IMG/VR virus record: IMGVR_UViG_3300017971_000041
Span: 2,677 to 66,676 of that record
DNA: 64,000 nucleotides
Source of the DNA: a virus
Strand: one strand, 5' to 3'
Shown: positions 58,015 to 64,000 of the stretch, piece by piece
Position numbering within the stretch: the stretch's first letter is position 1
Layout: every line of letters begins with the position of its first letter
Notes under the pieces: model-generated
Database searches by the model: none
The model's input: the letters and a program-made list of their open reading frames with translations, nothing else
Told to the model about the DNA's origin: nothing
Made by a program: the position numbers and the translations under genes

Positions 58015-58361
58015 GTCGATCCTTTCTGTTAATGTTTATTCCTGTTATAATAGACTATTTCATACATGTCAATACTTATTTTAACGAATTCTGACTCGTT
58101 CAACATATTGATCTCGATTAGAGCAAAATTTTCGCCATACAGCCCACAAATTTGCTTGCCATTTGTAATGAAAATAATCCTCATGTAGGGCATTCAAACA
58201 CGAAACTTTCCAAATATAAATTACCTCAAATGTTGATTTACACATAACACCTCCCAAAACAGAGACAGCTGACGTAAATAAAACGATCATTATAATAATG
58301 ACATACGACATCATGTAACATTTTTCGTGCAAAATGGGCGCCTTTTACAGCGCCCAGTCAG

Positions 58362-59537
58362 TTATTTGCAGAAAACGCGAGTCAATAAGGTTTCTTTACG
58401 GCCTTTATATTCTTTATGCGCCTTAACAGTTGCTTTACATTTCCAAACGTCTCCGTCTTCGACGTCCAATTCATTTGATGAAAACCAAGTGAATAAGTTT
58501 CCTTCCGGATCCTTGAATTTAACCATCGTACCAATTCCCCATTCAGATTCGGTCGTTCGTGAGTAAAGCACCTGCAGGAGCATATCGTACCTTTCTTTGA
58601 TTTCTCCAAAATGTTGACTAGCCAGTTGTTCTTTTTTGAGTTTTTGTTTTTCAGTATCACGTTGACAGCACCCGATAGCGGACACAAGCAGAGCGATATT
58701 GTCCCAATTTACAAATCCTTCCCCGACAATCATTTTCAAATTTTGGATGTAATTTGAATTGCCGACTTGATGTTCTATCCATTCCGTAGTTTTTACCACG
58801 GATTCGTAGTCCTGCGGAACAATTTGGATTGGGCGTTCGATTTTAATTCCAGGTGTCGAATGCAGATTCTCCTTGAGTGTCGAAGCTGTCGGGACAAGTG
58901 ATTCGTTCATATAAGCAGCTTTCTTAGACACCCATCCGTATTGACGAATGCAGGCAGCGCCCAGGGCCAAAATCTCTCCGATTGAGTATAAACGAGGTGT
59001 TTTAAGCCCACATTGAGTTTCTTCAAAATCATTATTGTTCAAAAATTCGAAAATTGCGGAGTAGTAATTTGCGAGAGCTTTCGGGGATTTGTGTCCAAGG
59101 AAATCCTTCAGACATTGACGTCCGACTTGTAATAAACGCCCATCGTCATGTTGGACAAGGAAAGTGTGCTTACGATTGCGATTCGTTTGGCAATGGTCAC
59201 AACACCTACGTTCTCGATACATTTCAGGAGCCTCGAATCCTGGAATCGATTGAATCATGTTTTTAGTTTCCGTGAAATACTCGAGCTTTGCACACAGAGA
59301 CCAGCCTTCAATTTTAGGAGCAGACCCTTCGACCTCGATGGGGAAATATTTTCTGAAGATTTTTAATCGGACACCGAGTTCATCCTCACCCGTGGTAATT
59401 TCTTCGATGAAGGATTCTCCGACGGTCATTGTAGGGGGCTCAACGTTCAGTTTTTTTGCTCGTTTAACGAGCTTATTGAAAGCCATTTGGAAATCTTCTA
59501 AATTTTGTTCGGGGATATTAAAAATGTTGTCAGGCAT
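58362..59537 (-). CDS. Conserved-looking phage protein with zinc ribbon and C-terminal OB-like domain
   Basis: 'CDHC...R.RK', 'QVG..CLKDFLG', 'D..GN.F.WFSS', 'ATVK.H.EY.G.K.T.LTR'. Promoter at 59577-59605. Confidence 0.75.
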   Translation of the reverse strand: MPDNIFNIPEQNLEDFQMAFNKLVKRAKKLNVEPPTMTVGESFIEEITTGEDELGVRLKIFRKYFPIEVEGSAPKIEGWSLCAKLEYFTETKNMIQSIPGFEAPEMYRERRCCDHCQTNRNRKHTFLVQHDDGRLLQVGRQCLKDFLGHKSPKALANYYSAIFEFLNNNDFEETQCGLKTPRLYSIGEILALGAACIRQYGWVSKKAAYMNESLVPTASTLKENLHSTPGIKIERPIQIVPQDYESVVKTTEWIEHQVGNSNYIQNLKMIVGEGFVNWDNIALLVSAIGCCQRDTEKQKLKKEQLASQHFGEIKERYDMLLQVLYSRTTESEWGIGTMVKFKDPEGNLFTWFSSNELDVEDGDVWKCKATVKAHKEYKGRKETLLTRVFCK

Positions 59538-59613
59538 GTTGTTTCTCCTTGTAGATTATGTTTAAATCATGAGAAGAATTTATATGAAAAATATTCGTTT
59601 GTCAACAGAAATC

Positions 59614-59973
59614 TTACATTTTCCGATAAATCTCGTCCGTTGTAAACATTCGACCTTTTATATAAGAACGTTGAATCATCCCAGTCGATGCAAATCCAAC
59701 GACCAAATACCCGCCTCGATGAGTGCCAAACGAATGGATCTCACCACGGTCAGTTTTACGAATGGTCGCAGCAGAACGCAGCTGGAGCCCTTCGTTGAAT
59801 CCGTCTTTAATCCCGGCCCAGAATAGATCGTGTTGTTTTTTATCCTGTTTTTTATGGATGTATTTAGGGATCGAGACCTTGTTTATGGCCGATGTATAGT
59901 CGAAAGCTTGTTCAGAAAGTTTCAGTCCCTGTCGTAAACCTGATTTATATTCGCGTGTATTTTTCATTTTCAT
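59614..59973 (-). CDS. Hypothetical protein
   Basis: Start MKMKN after AAGGAG; promoter at 59998-60026. Confidence 0.55.
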   Translation of the reverse strand: MKMKNTREYKSGLRQGLKLSEQAFDYTSAINKVSIPKYIHKKQDKKQHDLFWAGIKDGFNEGLQLRSAATIRKTDRGEIHSFGTHRGGYLVVGFASTGMIQRSYIKGRMFTTDEIYRKM

Positions 59974-60040
59974 CTCCTTTGTTTGAATTAGGATTCCTTT
60001 ATATAAGAAGAATTCAAACAAGTCAACAAAAATCCTAGTT

Positions 60041-60319
60041 TTAATCTATGGGTTGTATAATAAATCCGTATTTTTGAACTCGAGCCCGTTCGATCTCTTG
60101 ACGCCGGATTTCCACGGTTAGGGCTTTCCTGTGGGACTCCACAGTGGGTAGCTCTCGGTATGTTTTGCCAGCTGGGTCACTGGTCTCAACGATTCGGCAT
60201 GAGTCGGACGGTTTCCCGTCGTCGTCAATCTGAATTTCCAGGGCTAATCCTAGCGGGTGTAAAAATTGTCGATTTAGTTCTTGCAAATAGCCGTGGTCAA
60301 TAAATAATTGAAAATCCAT
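60041..60319 (-). CDS. Hypothetical phage protein
   Basis: 'GYLQELNRQFLHPLGLAL' motif; promoter at 60340-60368. Confidence 0.7.
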   Translation of the reverse strand: MDFQLFIDHGYLQELNRQFLHPLGLALEIQIDDDGKPSDSCRIVETSDPAGKTYRELPTVESHRKALTVEIRRQEIERARVQKYGFIIQPID

Positions 60320-60397
60320 TATTTTCCTCCTTTACGTTCAATATACATACCTTTATATATAATGTCAACCCGATAAAAATTTCATAAAAAAAAGATG

Positions 60398-60426
60398 TTG
60401 ACATAATCATTTTATTATGGTACATT
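60398..60426 (+). promoter_or_regulatory. Promoter of the primase gene
   Basis: TTGACA-N17-TACATT with TG extension. Confidence 0.7.
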
Positions 60427-60540
60427 TAGCATAACGTTCATGTTCCCGTGAATACTGCAGAGAAACCGCTGGAATTGGCCCCCGGCGGTTTTTCCATTTC
60501 CCGGGGACCTAGACATCAACCAGAAGGCAATAGAAAGGAA

Positions 60541-62967
60541 ATGTCTATGCAAGCCGTATTTGTTGGGAACAGAAACGCAAGTGGCAACCCAAGTGCACTA
60601 TTAAAACGACACACTGTTAATGATTTTTCTGATTTTTGCAAACAATTTTTAGAAACATGTTCAGCTGGGTCAAAAAGCAATACTTACCTAACAATTGCCG
60701 ATAACGTAAGAATAACCCCCGGAAATCCAGATAAACCCAACTCTTACCTTGGAACCGACCATTACCATCGAAACAATCTCTCCCAATTATCCGCTTGGTT
60801 ATTACCGTTCGATGGAGACAATTCAAAATCAAAGCCAGGGTCGTGCATTGACCCAAAGCTTGTTCATGAGACTCTTAAGAGATTAAATCTTACTCACTGC
60901 ATTTATACGACCCATTCGCATATAACCGGCAAACGCAATCGATGGCGTCTTTTTCTGCCTTGCAAATTGAAAGGTCCTAACGAACTAAGAGCCACGGTTG
61001 AAGATTTATACAAAATGTTAGTTCGATATGGGTGTAAAGATTTAGCACCTACCACGGAGAGTAAGACATGGTCACAGCCGTGGTTTCTGCCAACACGGAC
61101 AGATCCCTCTGACGGGCACTTTCAGTACTTTATTTATACCAAAGGTGTTGAATACGTCGCAGTTAAAGGACCCAAACCGAGCAAAGATTCTCATGACCAA
61201 CGTACCGATTTTGACCAGACAGCTTCCGATATTCTCGAAGTAATTAAATATGGCCTTGACGGATTACATCCGGCAATGAATAAATTCATTTATGGAGCGG
61301 TTCGCGATGGACGTCCGCCTGCATGGATTAAAGCTGAATTGCATGTATTGACTTCTGACTATGATCCAGCCGATAAGCGCCTCATGGGTCGTAAGAAAGA
61401 CATTGATCGATTGGTCGATTATGCTTGTAAAAAACATGATGCCAGCTGTGGTATCGATGACGATACTGACTACACAGATTATGAATATGACTGCGAGGAA
61501 ACAGAACTCGGGGACGATGAAAAATCTCCATCCGAACTGGGACACACAATTTTCCCTGATCAAGGGGGACAAATGGAAAAGCTCGTTGAATATGCAATGG
61601 ACTGGATGCTGTTCCCTGATCGAAGCATTGCAACTGTAGCTGCTCATGCGTTGATCTCTGTGCTGGGAGGTCGAGTCTATTCATACGATGAAGAACACGG
61701 GGGAACTGGAATCGTATATACTGCCTTAGTTACCGGGGATTCCACGGTTGGTAAGTCGAATATGAGGAAGTTCTGTGCTCACATGTTTAATAGTTTTTCA
61801 AAATTCAGCCCCGAAGCTTTTCACGACTTTAACGGGGCTTTTTACTATACATCCGTCAAAAACTTTTTGAAAGACTTGGAACGAACGGGCTCTATTATAT
61901 CATTTCGAAGTGAGTCAGGACAAACGGACATGTCACAAGCCGGTGATATGCCGAGAGTTCGGGCTTTTGAACTCGAACTTGCAACCAATTCTGGTATACT
62001 AGGATCTGTATCCGCTGGGGGTCAGAATGACCGAATACGAGCCCTATGTTCACCCGCGGTAACTACGATTCGGGAGTCAGTCGCAGAAATCCAAAACGAA
62101 GCTGACATGATGTTAAAAACATCGATAAATGGGATGGCGGGACGTCGGTCTCATATCATTTTACCCAAACATCGCGGCTACAAAACTAAAAGCAATGTCA
62201 ATATTCCGACACATTTTGTGTCCATGATGACAGAAATGTATGCCCGGGCTACTAAAGAACGTAATGACATTTATCGGTATTTGGCAAAAGATAAATGGAT
62301 CGTTCTTAACTATGAAAAAGATAGCTATTTGGACGAAAAGGAAAATCATTGGATCAAGAAATATAATGAATATGCTGACCACGGGGATGACTATATGCGT
62401 ACCTTCTATGGTCGTTTGTTTGAAAAGGTCCCTGCCTATGCGGGACGTCTCGCTGTTACTGATGACTGGAACCACCCCGTGGTGACAACTGACCATATTG
62501 ATATCGCTGAAAGGTCCCTGTTGGCTGAAGCTAAGGCTTTTCGTAATCGGGAAACCAAAGAAACAACCGGTGATTTGGTGGCTGAACGAATAAGCTCGAT
62601 TATGGCTAACCGGATCCTAACACTAAAATCATTGCGGACTATGACTACTAAGCCGCGAAAAAATGAAACAAAAGCTCAATTTGCTGCCCGGAAACAGAGA
62701 ATAAAACGAGACTTTGAAAAAATGGTTTGTGAAGGTTGCGTTCCTAGAGCACGATTGTTTAATATGTTACAATCCACCGAACATTTTCGGAATTTAAAAG
62801 CTGAACAGAACTACGAATACAAGCTCGATCGATCGCTAAGCAATTTAGGAATCGTGCCCGTCCCCCGGAAATTGGCTGTGGACCGTTACAACTTTTCAAA
62901 AAAAGTCTATACGTGCAACCCTAAAATCATTACTCTCATTGATACCAAGTATAAATTCTGCAAATAA
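60541..62967 (+). CDS. AEP-type primase-polymerase fused to a P-loop helicase-like domain
   Basis: 'LPFDGD', 'YTTHSH', 'RWRLFLP', 'SQPWFLP', Walker A 'GDSTVGKS'. Start after GAAAGGA. Confidence 0.8.
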   Translation: MSMQAVFVGNRNASGNPSALLKRHTVNDFSDFCKQFLETCSAGSKSNTYLTIADNVRITPGNPDKPNSYLGTDHYHRNNLSQLSAWLLPFDGDNSKSKPGSCIDPKLVHETLKRLNLTHCIYTTHSHITGKRNRWRLFLPCKLKGPNELRATVEDLYKMLVRYGCKDLAPTTESKTWSQPWFLPTRTDPSDGHFQYFIYTKGVEYVAVKGPKPSKDSHDQRTDFDQTASDILEVIKYGLDGLHPAMNKFIYGAVRDGRPPAWIKAELHVLTSDYDPADKRLMGRKKDIDRLVDYACKKHDASCGIDDDTDYTDYEYDCEETELGDDEKSPSELGHTIFPDQGGQMEKLVEYAMDWMLFPDRSIATVAAHALISVLGGRVYSYDEEHGGTGIVYTALVTGDSTVGKSNMRKFCAHMFNSFSKFSPEAFHDFNGAFYYTSVKNFLKDLERTGSIISFRSESGQTDMSQAGDMPRVRAFELELATNSGILGSVSAGGQNDRIRALCSPAVTTIRESVAEIQNEADMMLKTSINGMAGRRSHIILPKHRGYKTKSNVNIPTHFVSMMTEMYARATKERNDIYRYLAKDKWIVLNYEKDSYLDEKENHWIKKYNEYADHGDDYMRTFYGRLFEKVPAYAGRLAVTDDWNHPVVTTDHIDIAERSLLAEAKAFRNRETKETTGDLVAERISSIMANRILTLKSLRTMTTKPRKNETKAQFAARKQRIKRDFEKMVCEGCVPRARLFNMLQSTEHFRNLKAEQNYEYKLDRSLSNLGIVPVPRKLAVDRYNFSKKVYTCNPKIITLIDTKYKFCK

Positions 62968-62983
62968 CACACCCCCACGCGAT

Positions 62984-63025
62984 AAAAGGGGACACATTGT
63001 CTTTAGACAGTGTGTCCCCTTTTTT
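62984..63025. terminator. Bidirectional intrinsic terminator
   Basis: AAAAGGGGACAC / GTGTCCCCTTTT. Confidence 0.8.
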
Positions 63026-63855
63026 ATTTCTACTCGAAATTTCCCCTATTTACATGCCTAACAGTTGAATCTGGGTCTGGGTTTTCACGTTGTCGATAGA
63101 AAATTCATGAGTCTGGGTCCGGGTTTCACTGTCGAAGAACGTTGTTTTTGGAGCAAAATAACAAAAAAAAGCGATAAACACGCCATTTTGAATATGTAGA
63201 AAAAATTTCTTAACCGACAAAAATGTAATTTTTCAAAATTCACAAACAATTGTGTAACTATTAAGGACCCAGATTCGTCAAAAAACCCCAGATTTTAAGA
63301 AAATTTGCGTCCAGATCTGGGGTTTTTCAGTCGTCGATATCGCCAGATAAAAAATCTGGGAAATTATAACTCGTTAAAATCATTCAAAATACAAAATCAT
63401 GAAAAAAAGTGCTGACGATTCTCAATGATTTTACATAGTTACCTGATTTGTGCGCGAAACCAATATTTTTGGTACACTATCCGAAAAAACCCATTTGGAC
63501 CGATATTCGTAATAATTTCACATATTTACGAGTCCAATGCTACCAACACAAATTTTGTCGGGTGCGTGTGCGCGCGACGGTGCGCCGCGCGGCGATTTTT
63601 TGTTCGTGCATTTTTTTTTGCCACGGTTGGCATGTAAGTTGCAAGGGGCGTTTGTCAATGCGTTAAAAAAGGTGTTTTGGTATTGTTGGATAATATAAAT
63701 ATATATGTCGAGATATATAACATACTCAAATGATTGAAAATATGATCCAGATAAACCGACAAATGGAATCGACATATGCGCAGGACCATATTGTCAACAG
63801 TTTATCCCATGTGATTTCAACATGTTACACACACAAACCGTGGAATTCCTTATGA

Positions 63856-64000
63856 AATCAATGAGTTGGCGCCAATCGATTTTGAAAACATATATAAAAT
63901 CAATGAGTTAGAGCAGGTAACTTTGAAAACATATATAAATCAATGAGTTACAAATGTTGATTTTGAAAACATATATAAAATCAATGAGTTAGAGCAGGTA
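63856..64000 (+). repeat. Tandem repeats of about 41 bp, each with an IHF consensus site
   Basis: AATCAATGAGTTR at 63856, 63898, 63938, 63979; TTTGAAAACATATATA precedes three of them. Confidence 0.85.

Noticed and set aside
60448-60540. Longer N-termini given by the ORF track (also at 50036, 53892, 56230, 29932, 24459)
   Set aside because: Downstream ATGs have clear RBSs and coincide with the domain starts.
63856-64000. Repeat array as a CRISPR
   Set aside because: The variable parts are only about 11-13 bp and one recurs identically; the period is about 41 bp; no cas operon is present.
1-64000. Genome-wide stop-codon reassignment suggested by the portal TAA
   Set aside because: TAA, TAG and TGA all end intact genes normally, coding density is high under the standard code, and the tRNA is not a suppressor.

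Overview
This window covers most of a tailed dsDNA phage genome (HK97-fold capsid, long tape measure, siphovirus-like; roughly 40% GC by eye). It starts inside the large terminase gene. 1-26.2 kb (+) holds head, neck, tail and holin genes. Unusually, this module also contains two GT2-TPR glycosyltransferases (one fused to a sulfotransferase-like domain) and at least six proteins with signal peptides. 26.2-40.6 kb (mostly -) is an early/accessory region of promoter-leader-gene-terminator cassettes. It includes seven paralogues sharing one C-terminal HTH-like domain, repeated non-coding palindromes and a candidate anti-Shine-Dalgarno small RNA. 36-60 kb (-) holds replication and nucleotide metabolism genes: ligase, family A polymerase, SF2 helicase, Cas4-like nuclease, AAA ATPase, SSB, amidase and tRNA-Pro. 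It also carries a probable cytosine-modification operon (dNMP kinase, dimeric dUTPase-like enzyme, divergent C5-methyltransferase, dCMP-type thymidylate synthase homologue, dCMP deaminase). 60.5-63 kb (+) is a primase-helicase, followed by a non-coding end with phased IHF-consensus repeats. Two non-palindromic hexamers, CCACGG and CCCAGA, are strongly over-represented across the whole window. No integrase is visible. All calls come from motif recognition by eye; no searches were run and motif counts are manual.
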